Assembly: GCA_009914755.4 (NCBI GenBank)
Contig: CP068257.2
Span: forward strand, 18,368,001-18,432,000
From: the human T2T-CHM13v2.0 reference genome, Homo sapiens
Length of the DNA stretch: 64,000 nt
Direction: 5' to 3'
The position numbers were made by a program, and so were the translations under genes. The notes beneath the pieces were generated by a model, which did not search any database, was not told the origin of the DNA, and saw nothing but the letters and a program-made list of their open reading frames with translations. Of this stretch, positions 40,401 through 52,976 are shown piece after piece. Position 1 is the stretch's first letter, and every line of letters begins with the position of its first letter.

Positions 40401-40792
40401 CTAATAAGAACAAAGATACAACATAACAGAATCTCTGGGACACAGCTAAGGCAGTCTTAAGATGTCAATTTAATCACTAAACACTGACATCAAAAAGTTA
40501 GAAGGATCTCAAATTAACAAATCAACATTACAACAACAACAACAACAACAAAAACTAGAGAAGTAGAGCAAACCCACATCAAAGTTAGCAGAGGACAAGA
40601 AATAATCAAAATCAAAGCTGAACTGTTGGAGATTGAGGCAAGAAAAACCAGCCAGAAGCTGTTTTTTGAAAAAAATTAATTAAAAAGACTGCTAGCTAGA
40701 ATAATAAAGGCGGAAGTGGAGAAGATCCAAAAAAAAACACAATAAGAAATGGCAAAGGGGATATTACCACCAACCCCACAGAAATACAAATC
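37450..40792 (+). mobile_element. L1P-lineage element (L1PB/older L1PA type): GC-rich 5'UTR at about 37450-38496, ORF1 at about 38497-39560 with stop codons, inter-ORF region, and the ORF2 endonuclease region to 40792. It is interrupted by a THE1 insertion.
   Basis: ORF1-like 'atgagaaagaaccagtgcaagaactctaacaactcaaaaacc...gaacaaaacctttgaaaaaatatgggattatgtagagaacaaatctatgactcattgccatccctgaaaaagatgaggagaatggaaccaac'. ORF2 start 'aaatttacacatatcaatactaaccttaaatgtaagtgggctaaatgccccagttagaaggcacagagtgccagactagataaagaagtcaggc...cagattcataaagcatgttcttagagaccttcaaagagacttagactcccacacaataatagtgggagactttaacactccac'. The ORFs at 38497..38769 and 39294..39566 are ORF1 remnants. Confidence 0.8.
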
Positions 40793-43546
40793 ATATGGTT
40801 AGGCTTTGTGTCCCCAGCCAAATCTCACTTCAAATTGTAACCCCCATAGTCCCCATGTGTGGTGGTGTTACTGGCAGGTCTTTGTTCTTAGAGCTCCCAA
40901 GATGGTGGCGGGCCACTCCCAAGATGGTGGCAGGCCACTCCCAAGATGGCGGCAAGCCTTTTGTTCTCTGACCTGGGGTTCTTGGCCTCATGGATTCCAA
41001 GGAATGGAACCTTGGGCCATGCGGTGAGTGTTATAGCTCCATTAGAAGCCGTGGGTCAAGGAAGAGAACCGTGGAATCCAGAGACTAGTGTTCAGCTCAA
41101 TTAGGGCACTTAGCCATGCAGGAACAATGGCGAACCTTTAGTCCGATCGGGAGTGGCAATGGACACCTTGCTGGATCAGGAGCACAGCAGACACCGTGCC
41201 GGATCCGGAGGGGTGGAAGTCAGTGGCAGGTCTGCCACGGCGACAGCGGCAAACAGCAGTGGTGGACGGCTAGCGAAAGCTCAGCTCCAGCCATAATAAA
41301 CACGGGCCAGAGGAGTGTGCAGTTGCAAGATTTAGTACAGTGAAAACAGAGCTCCCATACAATGGGAGGGGACCCAAAGGGGGTTGCCACTCCCTGCTCG
41401 AATGCCTGGGTTTATATCCCGATCATTGTCCCTCCCTCTGTGCTCTCAGGTGATAAGTGATTTGACTATTTCTTTACCTTCTGCTTTAGCCTAATTTGTA
41501 TTTTAGTGAGCCCTCTTTACTACCTGATTGGTTGGGAGCGAGCAGACTTACAAGCCCTGTGTTTAAAGGTAGGTGCAGTCACCTTTCCCAGCTAGGCTTA
41601 GGAATTCTTAGTCTGCCTAGGAAATCCAGCTAGTCCTGTGTCTCAGTGGGTAGGACATGGTTGGAGGTAATTGAATCATGAGGGCAGTTTTCCCCATGCT
41701 GTTCTCATGATAGTAAGTGAGTTCTCATGAGATCTGATAGTTTTATAAGCATCTGGCATTTCCCCTGCTGGAACTCATTCTCTCTCTTGCCACCCTGTAA
41801 AGAAGTGTCTTCCACCGTGATTGTAACTTTCTGTGGCATCGCAAGCCATGCTGAATTGTGAGTCAATTAAACCTCTTTTCTTTATAAATTACCCAGTCTT
41901 GGGTATTACTTCGTAGCAGCGTGATAGTGGACTAATATAGTAAATTGGTACCAAGATAATGGGGTGCTGCTGTAAAGATACCTGAAAATGTGGAAGCAGC
42001 TTTGGAACTGGGTAACAGGCAGATGTTGGAACAGTTTGGAGGGTTCAGAAGAAGACAGAAAGATACAGGAAAATTTGAAAATTCCTAGAGACTTGTTGAA
42101 TGGCTTTGACCAAAATGCTGGAAGTGATATGGACAACGAAGTCCAAGCTGAGTGGTCTGAGATGGATATGAGGAACTTCTTGGGAACTGAAATAAAGGTG
42201 ATTCTTACTATACTTTAGCAATGAGACTGGTGGCATTTTGCCCCTGGCTTAGACATCTGTGGAGCAGTGAACTTGAGAGAGATGATTCAGGGTATCTGGC
42301 AAAAGAAATTGTCTAAGCAGCAAAGCATTCAAGGGGTGACAGAGCATAAAAGTTTGAAAAATTTGCAGCCTGACAATGCAGTAGAAAAAATAATTATCTG
42401 GGGATAAATTTAAGCCCTCCAGAAATTTGCATAAGTAACAAGGAGCCAAAAGCTAATTGCAAAGACAATGGAGAAAATGCCTTCAGGACATGTCAGAGAC
42501 CTTCACAGCAGCCCCCTCCCCTCACAGGTCTGGAGGCCTAGGAAAGAAAAATGGTTTCCTGGGCCTGGTCCAGGGCCTTCCTGCTGTGTACAGCCTCAGG
42601 ACTTGGTGACCTGCGTCCCAGCCAGGTACAATGTCTCCAGTGGCCTTTTAACAATGGTGCAAGCCCCAAGCCTTGGCAGCTTCCAATTGGTGTTGGTCCT
42701 GTGGGTGTGCAGAAGACAAGAATTGAGTTTTGATCGCCTCTGCTTAGATTTCAGAGGATGCATGGAAACCCCTGGATGTCCAGGCAAAGTTTGCTGCAGG
42801 GGCAGAGCCCTCATGGAGAACCTCTCCTGTGGCAGCGTGGAAAGGAAGTGTGGAGTTGGAGTCTCCACACAGAATTCCCACTGAGGCACTGCCTAGTGCT
42901 GTCCTCCAGACAGCAGAATGGTAGACCTCCTGAAACCTCACACTGTGCACCTGGAAAAGCCCCAGACACTCAATGCCATCTGGTGAAAGCTCCCAGGAGA
43001 GGGTTTGTACCCTGCCAAGCCACAGGTGCAGAACTGTCCAAGGTCGTGGAAGCCCAGCTCTTGCGATCAGCATGATCTGGATGTGAGACATAGCATCAAA
43101 GGAGATCATTTTGGAACTTTAAGGTTCAATTACTGCCCTATGAGATTTCAGACGTGCATGGGCCCTCTAGACTCTTTGTTTTGGCCAATTTCTCCCAAAA
43201 ATAAACAGTCATATTTACCCAATACCTGTACGGCCATTGTATCTTGGAAGGAACTCACTTGTGTTTGATTTTACAGGCTCATAGGCAGGAGGGACTAGCC
43301 TTGTCTCAGATGAGATTTTAAACTTGGACATTTGGGTTAATGCCAGAATGAATTAAGATTTTGGGTACTGTTAGAAAGGCATGATTTGTTTTGAAATGTG
43401 AAAGGGACATGAGATTTGGGAAGGTCCAGAGGCAGAATGATATGGTTAGGCTTTGTGTCCCCACCCAAATCTCACCTTGAATTGTAACCCCATGTGTCAT
43501 AGGAGGGACCTGGTGGGAGGTAATTGAATCATGGGGGCACATGGAT
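40791..43546 (+). mobile_element. THE1-class MaLR retroelement. The 5' LTR (40791-41938) is split by a nested solo LTR, the internal region is 41939-43437, and the 3' LTR (43438-43546) is truncated to about 108 bp.
   Basis: 'tcatatggttaggctttgtgtccccagccaaatctcacttcaaattgtaacccccatagtccccatgtgtggtgg' ... resumes 'gggtaggacatggttggaggtaattgaatcatgagggcagttttccccatgctgttctcatgatagtaagtgagttctcatgagatctgat'. Internal region 'ggtaccaagataatggggtgctgctgtaaagatacctgaaaatgtggaagcagctttggaactgggtaacaggcagatgttggaacagtttggagggttcagaagaagacag'. 3' LTR 'tgatatggttaggctttgtgtccccacccaaatctcaccttgaattgtaacccc'. Confidence 0.8.
40870..41645 (-). mobile_element. Solo LTR of an ERV1-class element, LTR12/HERV9-like, nested in the THE1 5' LTR
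   Basis: Begins TG ('tgttactggcaggtc') and ends CA ('gtgtctca'), with a 4-bp TSD 'gtgg' on both sides. It contains the repeated 'ccaagatggtggc(g/a)ggccactc' motif, the reverse complement of the LTR12-type 'gccaccatcttgggag' repeats, and 'ggaaccttgggccatgcggtgagtgttatagctccattagaagccgtgggtcaaggaagagaaccgtggaatcc'. Confidence 0.55.
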
Positions 43547-45480
43547 CCATAATGTCTAGCATTTCAATTTTTTTGGTCCCCTCTGCTTTTTGTTTCTTTT
43601 TCCCCTTGTTTTGCCTTAATTTAAATAACAGTATATTTATTTAGAATTATATTTTAACTAATCTTGGCAATATAACATTTATCTATTTGCATTATTTTAG
43701 CTCTTGCTCAAGAGATTATAATATATAATTGTAACTTTTCACAGTCTATTAAGAGTTGCACTGTACCACTGTACCACTTTATGTAAAATGTAGATATCAT
43801 ACAATGATTTAAGACTATTTATCATTTCTGAAGTACTTTATGCGTTATTTTATGTGTATTATTCTTCTATTTATCATAAGCTCCTGGAGATACTGCTATA
43901 ATTTATCCACAGTTATATATTTTAAAGAAATGTATACGACAAACATAGTCTGCATGTTTACCAAATATTATACTTTCCAGGGCTCTTCATTCTTTCTTGA
44001 AAATCCAGATATCTACTCTGCATAATTTCTTTTTTGTTGAAGTACTTATTTGTTTTATTATGCAAATTTTCTTCTAATATATTTAATAATGCTTTTAATT
44101 TCTCTTGCATTTTTAAGGGTATGCTTATTAAATATAGAATGCTGTTTTATTTTGATTTGGGTTTGTTTGTCTTGATGGTTTGTTTTCTTGAAGACTGGTT
44201 TCTTTTTTAGCAGTTTATAGATATCATTCCACTGTTTTCTACTATCTCCTGTTTCTGATAAAAATTGACTAGTTATTCAAATTGCTCCTGCCTTGTTTAC
44301 ACTGTTATTTCTCTGTCCTCTTATAAGACATTGTCTGTATCTGGGGGTTCAGAAATTTGCCTATAATATGCTTACTATAAATTTATTTCTAACTGATTAT
44401 GCTTCTATGATTTTTTCGCTATCTAAATTTATGTCTTTCAATAATTTGAGGTGTATGGGTCATCACCTTTTAACATATTTTCTCTGTATGTTTTATTTAT
44501 CCTTTTCTTTTGGGTCTCTAGTTACATCTATGTTAAGTATTTTTATATTGCCTCACAAGTTCCTGATACTTTGTTCATTATTATTTCTAATCTTACTTCT
44601 TTTTGTACATCAGATTAGATAACTATTTTATTGATCTGTATTCATTCTCACTTATTTTTCTGTCCTCCTAATCTTCTGCTAGGGTCACTTGGTGATTTTT
44701 TTTTTTTTTTTTTTGCTATAATTTTCTGTACTGTGTCTTTCAGTTGTTTAACTTCTGCTTTTCTTTTGTAACAATTTTTTTTTTTTTTGTCTTTGAGCAT
44801 ACTTTCTGGCGTACTGATTCTAACACCAAAGTCACCACTGGGTTGGCCTTCATTTTCATTTTCCTTGAGTATGGGTCACACTTGCTGTTACTTTATATGC
44901 ATAGAAATTGGTATCCTGTCTTAGATATTATGAATAGTAAAGTTTGAAGACTTTGGATTCTGTTTTTCAAAGTTATTTGTATTAAATTTTAAAAAAACCC
45001 AGACAGTTAGTAAGAGCTACATTCAGACTCTAAACTAAAATCTTATATCAGTTATTTTCACCTGACTTGTGCTGCTAGGAATGTAACTATGAATGCATAC
45101 TTTAAAGATCAGACAGAGATTTGAGCAGAGACTATGCAAAGAGTTGCTTTTTTCTGCAGTTGTCTCTGTTTCAAAGTTTGCCCTTTTTGCATACATCTTA
45201 GATTCAGTTATTTGGTTCTTCAAAGAAGACTACAGTTTTTCCATTTGGAATTTAACCAGCCCACAATTGGGGTGTGCCCTCAGGCAGAAATGGACAGATT
45301 GGTAACTCTCCCAGTACGTTTTTCTCTGCCAATGGCCTTCTATTCTTGTTCACTCTGCAATGCCCTCAATTGGTTGTGATTTCTCATAATTTATACTTAT
45401 TTGCAGAAGGGACTGGTTGATTTAATAGAAGCTACTATACCAGGACCCAGAAAATGAATTTTTAATTGTAGGGCAATAAT
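43547..45480. mobile_element. AT-rich sequence, possibly a very old L1 fragment in antisense
   Basis: Weak resemblance to the antisense of the L1 ORF2 5' region, e.g. 'gtcttgatggtttgttttcttgaagactggtttc' against 'tgatctttgatggtttaaagtctgttttatcagag'. The + L1P interrupted at 40792 does not resume here. The ORFs at 44293..44622 and 44744..44947 encode low-complexity F/L-rich peptides typical of AT-rich DNA. Confidence 0.25.
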
Positions 45481-46505
45481 TTTTTTTTTCTGAAACATTC
45501 AATAATCGTTGATATCCTTGTGTTTCTTCCCTATTCTTAATCTATAATTCTGTGACACGCTTGGAAAGTTATCCTATTTCTCCAAGTATTCTATTTTGAG
45601 GTTGACACTATTTATTGAAAACCTTAGTAATAATTGGCCAAAATATCCTGAACTTGCAGTGTTTTAATCTCATTTTGTTTGAACCCTATAGGCATAACAT
45701 AATACAGATATGACAGCATTTTTTTTATTTCTCCATTAACTTATGTTGTTAAGTCCAACGGCTTCAAGGTGAAGCAGTTGCTATAATATTTATGAAAGTC
45801 ATATTGTTGCAGAGTCCATTACAAGAAAGGAAGCAGCTGGATCACAGGTTTTAGATATAACTTTTACTGCCCAAGGCTGTTATTTAAACTCCAGGACTGA
45901 CTAAAGTGGTGTGATCACCATTTTTCAAAACATACTTACCATTTTCACTTGATTTTAGCCAAAAGGCTGAGAAGCAATAACTTACCATTTTCTATTAGTA
46001 TTTTCTATGAAGCCAGAACCAAAACATATGAGGACAACTGCATTTATACATATATCCATATTATATTTAGCATTCCATTTTTTTGGTCATAAACAACACT
46101 GAGAGGTCTTAATAGTGTTCATTTTGTGATTTGATAAGAAACATATTCAAAATTCTGATGAGCAGATGTTTTCTGCGGTTTTTTTTTAGCTATCATCAAC
46201 AATAGAGCTCCTTTAAGAGAATATCATGAAAATCATTTAGCTCTTATGTGTAGTATAAAATGTGATAGTTTAGATAGCATTGCAAATGAATGCTGACTAT
46301 AGAAAAAAATGTTGGAGGAAAAAAGACAGAGTAGGCAAACAGAATTTTTAAAGATTTCTTGCTAGTTTTAATTTTGAAACAGGACTTTTCTCTGGCTACC
46401 TTATATTGAAGACTTTTTGTGTGATTTCATCACTCTCATGACTGAAATCTCAGATTTTTATTTCTAGCCAAGATTTTTCTCTTAAATACACACACTGTAT
46501 ATGTT

Positions 46506-46538
46506 ATATTATTAATATGTTGTACATATTAATAATAT
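46506..46538. repeat. Perfect 14-bp inverted repeat with a 5-bp spacer, inside a TA-rich simple-sequence tract (46500-46620)
   Basis: 'atattattaatatg' + 'ttgta' + 'catattaataatat'. This is followed by 'tatctatctatatatacacacatatatatacacacatat'. Confidence 0.9.
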
Positions 46539-47230
46539 AATAAAATATAAATTATATATGCATGTATCTATCTATATATACACACATATATATACACACA
46601 TATAATTCTATATAATAGTATTTAATTTTTTTACATCACACTTTGAGGATGGACTTTGAGAAGGAAATGTCGGTGTGAGGAGTTTCATGGACCCATATGC
46701 CAATGAAACAACAATGTCTGTTAAAAATTTTTAAAATAAAGTCTCTGGAAATTATCCTGAGCAGATAAAACCAACTAATAGACATTATTTTAAAAATACC
46801 CTAAAATATAGTAAATCTCGGTAAGAACAAGGAAAATCTGTGTGCTTGAGCTTTAACCTACCAACTTTTTCTTTCCCCATCTCCCATTCTGGAATAATAG
46901 AAACACCATTCTGGGTACTGTGGCCATGAAAATGGGATTCTCGCTTTCCTCAGCTACTAATCAGTAGAAGCAGAAAGCCTACAATTTTTAATCTACACAG
47001 TTTTTGGTGAAGAGTCTAAATTCCAGGCAAGTGTGTGGCTAAGAAATCTGTTGCTCCTTCCCTCTACTTGGCACCTCGGATTAAACAGCAGGCTATACCC
47101 CAAGTATGGCAGACTGAGAACACTGGGGTCGTTTATCATCATCCAGACCACTCATAAAGAGGAAAATGGATATGAGGAAGATGAGAGGCTGCCACCCTTG
47201 CCTAGCACCATACTTAGAAAACAGAGATGT

Positions 47231-47518
47231 CCCCAGCACTTTGGGAGGCTGAGGCGGGTGGATCATGAGGTCAGGAGTTCGAGACCAGCCTGACCAACAT
47301 GGTGAAACCCCATCTCTACTAAAAATACAAAAGTTAGCCAGGTGTGGTGGTGCGTGCCTGTAATCTCAGCTACTCAGGAGGCTGGGGCAGGAGAATCGCT
47401 TGAACACGGGAGCCAGAGGTCACAGTGAGCCGAGATCATGCCACTGCACTCTAGCCTGGGTGACAGAGCGAGCCTCTGTCTCAAAAAACAACAACAACAA
47501 CAAGAACAAAAAAAACCA
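47231..47518 (+). mobile_element. Alu SINE, 5'-truncated by about 30 bp, with a (CAA)n-rich tail
   Basis: 'cccagcactttgggaggctgaggcgggtggatcatgaggtcaggagttcgagaccagcctgaccaacatggtgaaaccccatctctactaaaaatacaaaagttagccaggtgtggtggtgcgtgcc...' followed by 'aaaaaacaacaacaacaacaagaacaaaaaaaa'. The ORF at 47400..47612 begins inside the Alu. Confidence 0.9.
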
Positions 47519-48796
47519 GAGGTGTCCTATTGAGAGTAGCATGATGCTTTCCCACCCCCATTCCTGGATCAGTAATTCAGAGATAGTGCCCAGGAGAAGA
47601 GGCTGGCCTTAAGAACAGAGCTCCAACTTCTCCGCAGATGAGCTGACTTTAGTTGGAAAACAGTGTAAGTAAGTTCAAGACCAAAGGTACTCATAGAAAC
47701 AATGGAGACTTCTTTAGCAAGCAATTAGTAGGGCTATGACAACCCAGTGGGAGAAACAGCGAAACCTTAGGGCAGCTAGGGTACCAGAGGCAATTAGAGA
47801 AAGAACAGAGAAAAAAAAAAAAACCTCCTTGTGGTATAAAAATAAATCTCCAAGACTGGTCCCAGTCTTTTACTGGCCTAACCTGTAATAACAAAGGTGG
47901 CAGTAATTATTTGTTTTAGGCTTTGAAACAATTTATATAGCAGAACATTTTTTAAAACAACCGGTAAAATAATCGGTACTTAATGGAGCCTAACAGTTGG
48001 GTATGATATAGTGAGCTATGATGCAGACAGCATAACAGTGACATCAGGAAAGAGAAAGTCAAAGAAAGCCCTGGTAAAACCACTGTCAGCTAAGATGACA
48101 GAGAAACAAATGAAGAAAACCAAAAATTTCAAACAAACAGGTTACTATAAAGAACTCAACAAATATGTGTTTATTTTTTCTTATTTTGTTTTTTAAAAGA
48201 CAAAATTGCATAAACTAATAATTGTAGCAATATATTGTTGGCTTTCTAACATAGGTAGATAGAATATGCATAGCAACGATATCACAAAAAGGAGGACGGA
48301 GAAAAAGAGCTCTATATGGGTAAGGCCTCCACATTTTGGTTTCTCACTAGAGTTAATATAAATCTGAAGTACATTCTAACAAGATAAGATGAATGTAATA
48401 AACTCTAGACCAGCCACTGCTGGGGCTCAGAATATGACACCCTAAAACCTGGCACCTTTGAATAAGCAGAAAGGTCATTCTGAGCCTTTGTTTTGTTTTG
48501 CTCCCCTGAGATTATAAAAAAACAATTGTGCCTCCTGTCTCCCCTGAAGACCCTCATGTGAGAGGTGTTCTGCCTTATGCCCAGAGGAAAAGAATAAACA
48601 CACAGAGACACAGAGAAGAATCTGAGCAAACAGGCCATGCTAAGTTACCTCCTCTTTATTACTATTAGATCATACTCTTTTTGTCCAATCGCACATTTAT
48701 GTGACTGTTCATTCTTCAGTAAACCTAACTATAAAAATACAGAATTTTCCTTGGGTCTTTGATCTTCATTTTTCAAGATGTTTGTAGTACATAAAG

Positions 48797-48832
48797 TTTT
48801 TTGTTTGTTTGTTTGTTTGTTTGTTTGTTTTT
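48797..48832. repeat. (TTTG)n microsatellite, the A-rich tail side of the adjacent reverse Alu
   Basis: 'ttttttgtttgtttgtttgtttgtttgtttgttttt'. Confidence 0.9.
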
Positions 48833-49107
48833 GTGACAGCGTCTTGCTCTGTCACCCATGCTGGAGTGCAGCGATGTGATCTCAGCTCATTACAACCTCC
48901 GCCTCCCAGGTTCAAGTGATTCTCATGCCTAAGTGTCCCAAGTAGCTGGAATTACAGGCATGCACCATCATGCCTAGCTAATTTTTTTATTTTTAGTAGC
49001 AATGGGGTTTTGCCATATTCATATTGGCCAGGCTGGTCTCAAACTCATGGCCTCAAGTGATCCGTGCACCTCAGCCTTCCAATGTGCTGGGATTACAGAC
49101 AAGAGCC
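48833..49107 (-). mobile_element. Alu SINE, reverse orientation, diverged
   Basis: 'gtgacagcgtcttgctctgtcacccatgctggagtgcagcgatgtgatctcagctcattacaacctccgcctcccaggttcaagtgattctcatgcc...gctgggattacagacaagagccatcacacccag'. Confidence 0.9.
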
Positions 49108-49808
49108 ATCACACCCAGTTTCTGTCACATAAAACTTTGGTAAAATAAATTTATTATGCTTTTCTCTTGTCAATCTGTCTTTTGTTGTAGAGATACTAGC
49201 CATGATCTTATAGTGGTGAGAAAAAGATTACTTTTTCCTCTGCTACTCCACTAAGAAAAAATTCAAAAATTATAAAGGATAAAAGCACTAAAGAATTAAG
49301 ATGTTACAGTAGAAAATAATCACAATTCGAAGGAAAGCAGTAAAGAAGAACAGAGTAGCAAAAAAGATAGAAAACAAAGAAAAAAGTTAATTGGTAGATG
49401 TAAGTCTATTATATGAATAATAACATTAATAATTATGGATCAAAAAAAGTTCAATCTAAGGCAATGATTGCCAGGATAAATAAGTAAAAATAGGGCCTAA
49501 CTATATGCTGTCTACAGGATACATAATTTAGCCACAAGATAAAAATAGCTTGAAAGCAGAGACATACAAAAATCTATATCATGCAAACAGCAAACATAAG
49601 GAACTTAAAATGGATATACTAACATCAAACAAAAGTATAATTTAAACAAAAGATGTTTAAGACATAAATTGATTAAAGGGTGAATTAATTATGATATAAA
49701 TACTATCAATATACACGCATCTAACAACAGAGTTGCAAAGTACAGGACGCAAAAATTAACAGGGAGATATAGACAAAAAAAATAGTGGTTGAAGACTTCG
49801 ATAAGTAT

Positions 49809-50745
49809 CATGGTTAATTTTGTGTTAAACTTGACTGAGCCATGGAATGTCCAGAGAGCCGGTTGAACATTATTTCTGGGTGTGTCTGTGAGGGTGTTTC
49901 CAAACCCAGAATCCAGAAGGCCAGCCTTCAAGCCCAGACTGAATTCTGTGCCAGGAGAAGCATCAGAGCCCTGGCATCAGGAACTGGCCAATTTGCAGGT
50001 TGGTAAAAAGAATTTACCAACTACAGTATAGGTTTGAAAAAGGAAAGTTTATTAGAAAGCACGCTGCAAAAGGGTGCAGTGGGGGCACCTCTGCATGAGA
50101 GGACTGAGTGTGCCATGGCGGATTTTCCTTAGGAGCATTTATGGACCTTCAGGAAGAAACTTGAGGATAATTTGGACCACACTAGTCAGGTTTGTCATGA
50201 TACATGATTACATTTGTAGTAATTTTGGTGCCTTAATGTAAGCATGGGTTGCAAAATGAGTTGTGGCATGGCATTCTGGAGAAGAATAGAAATTCTAGTT
50301 ATAAATTTTACGTTGAAAAGAGGCCTGGAACCAGATGCTGACTTTAGATGCTAGGGAAGTTTAAGTACTTTTAAATTCCCGCAGATAAGGAGTTTTGCCT
50401 CCAAATGACCTGTTTGATGGTCATCAGGTGGTCTTTGCTCTCTTCTAAATTCCTCAGATAAAGAGTTTTTGTCTCATGTCCTGTTCAATGGTCACCAGGT
50501 GATTTTCGCTCTCCTCATTCTTCACTATTGGCTCTCTGGCTCTCAGGTCTACTAACCACACCACCAACATTTCTGGGTCTCCAGTTTGCAAACAGCAGCT
50601 TGTGTGATGTCTCAGCCTTCATATTCATGTGAGACAATAGGCTAGAATAAGAGAAAGATATAAAGAAGGAGATGATAGATACATAGATAGATAGATAAGA
50701 GATAGATAATATATTGTTTCTCCAGAGAACTCTGAATAACACAAA
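49809..50745 (+). mobile_element. ERV-type solo LTR of the same unresolved family as 22772/25057, with a ~500-bp variant middle section that includes a short internal duplication; nested in the L1M ORF2
   Basis: Starts 'tggttaattttgtgttaaacttgactgagccatggaatgtccagagagccggttgaacattatttctgggtgtgtctgtgagggtgtttcc' and ends '...ccaccaacatttctgggtctccagtttgcaaacagcagcttgtgtgatgtctcagccttcat...attgtttctccagagaactctgaataacaca'. It has TG...CA termini. Internal duplication 'gatggtcatcaggtggtctttgctctc' / 'aatggtcaccaggtgattttcgctctc'. Confidence 0.55.
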
Positions 50746-52976
50746 TATAAAATATTCAATAAGGAATGGAAAAATTGTTCAGAACAACAAGGAAAAAGAA
50801 AACTTAAATAACACAATTAGCCAACTAGATCTAATTGCTAGATCTCATAGTGATATATAGAAAACAACACCAAACAACAACAAAATACACATTCTCTCAA
50901 GTGTACACGGAACATTCTCCATGATAGACCATAGCCAGGCCACAAAATAAGACAATAAAATTTAAAAGATTTGAATCACACAATGTATGCTCTGAGTCCA
51001 TAACATAAGGGAATTGGAAATTAATAACAAATAAATTTGGAAAATTTCCAGATATATACAAGTTAAGTATAATACTAATAAAAAAAACCAGTGGTTCAAA
51101 GGAGAAATCACAATAGGAATTAGAGAACATTGAGATAAATAAAAATAAAGACAACATAACAGAAGTCATGGGCTGCACCTAAATCAGTGCATAGAGGGAA
51201 ATTTATAGCTGTAAATGCCTCTGTAAAAAAAGAGAAAGATCTCAAATTATTATGGGGTGAATTTTGTATCCCTCAATATTCACATGTTAAAGTGTTAGCT
51301 CCCATTACCACAGAAAATGATTGTATTTATAGTCTTTAAAAAGGTAACAAAGATGAAATGAAATCATTAAGGCAGACCCTAATCCAATATGACTGGATAC
51401 AGACAGGTACACAGGGAAGACTATGTAAGACTCAGGAAAAAGGCATCTACCAGCCAAAGAGTGAGACCTCAGAAGAAACCAATGCTGTCAACACCTTGAT
51501 CTTAGAATTGAAGCCTCCAGAAATGTTAGGCTGTGATACTTTGTTTTGTGATACTAGTTTTGATACTCGTTTATGATACTTTGTTTTGTTTTGTGATATG
51601 TAGCAAATTAATAATTTAAACTTCTACCATAAGGCACTGGAAAAAGAGAGAAAACTGAATTCAAAGTAAGCAGAAGAAAGAAAACAACAAATACTGGTGT
51701 GAAAATCAATAAAATAGCAAAAAGAAGTGATAAACAAAAAATTTGTCCTTTGTAAAGGCAAATATCTACAAATATTTGGCTAGAGTGACCAAGAAATGAG
51801 AGAAAACTCAAATTATTACTATCAATAATGAAAGAACATTACTACTGTTCTTATATAAGTTTTTTAAAGATTATAAAGCAATATTGTAAGCATTAGATAA
51901 CTTAGAGAAAGTGAAAAATAGACAAAATTAACAAAACTGACTTAGGAACAAATACTCAATCTGAACTGACCTACAAGGAAAATGATTGAATTAGTGATTG
52001 AAAAAAAAAATTACAACAAAGAAAAACCCAGATACAGATGACTTCAGAAGTGAATTCTAGCATACATTTGATGAAAAATTAATAGAAATTCTTCACAAAC
52101 TCTTTCAAAAATCAGAAACAAAGAGAACAGTTCACAACCCACTTTATAAGGCTTAATTAGTTTAATACCAAACTCAAACAAAGACATGGTAGGAAAATAA
52201 ATCTACAAACCAATGTCTCTTATGAATATAGACACAAAACATTCTCAGAAGAATATTACCACATCAAATCCAGCAATAAATAAGAAGAATTATGCACCAA
52301 AACTTGGGGGTGGGGAATTTACCCAAGGAATGTAAGGTTGTTACCATATCAAAAAAAAAATCAAATAATGCTGTGAGCCATATTATTAGAACACATGACA
52401 CATACACACAGCATTATACAGGAAACACTAGCCAGGGCAGTTAGGAAAGAAAAGAAAGGCATAAGTTAAAACTGAAAACAATATAATAGTCCCTATGAGA
52501 AAATAACCTAATTTTATATTTGAAAAATCCTAAAACGTCTAGTACAAACGAATAATATCTTTGGCAACTAATAAATACAATTGAAAAGATTTCAGGACAT
52601 AAGATCAATATATAAAAATAAACTATTTCCAGTGAACAGTCAAAAGTAAGATTGAGAAAATAATTCCAAAGGAATAAAATAGAATAAAATATCTAGAAAT
52701 AAATTTACACAAGGAAATGAAAAACTTGTATATTTAGAACTGTACCCCATTGCTGAAAAAAATTAAGAAGGCTTAATTTAATTTTAAATATCACATATTC
52801 ATAAATTATGAGACAATACTGTTAAGTTGACAATACTCATCAAAGTGATCTACAGATTCAATTCAATCTCTATCACAATTCTGACAGCTTTGTGAAGAAA
52901 TGTAAATGTCAATACTCAAATTATTATGGAATTACAAGGGGCCCTGAATGACAAAACAACATTTTAAAAGATATCT

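Noticed and set aside
42468-43109. Several 100-140-aa ORFs on both strands at 42.4-43.1 kb
   Set aside because: They fall within the THE1-internal region, matching the homologous ORF cluster at 30076-30696 in the first THE1. THE1-int does not retain a functional gag/pol, and the ORFs occur on both strands.
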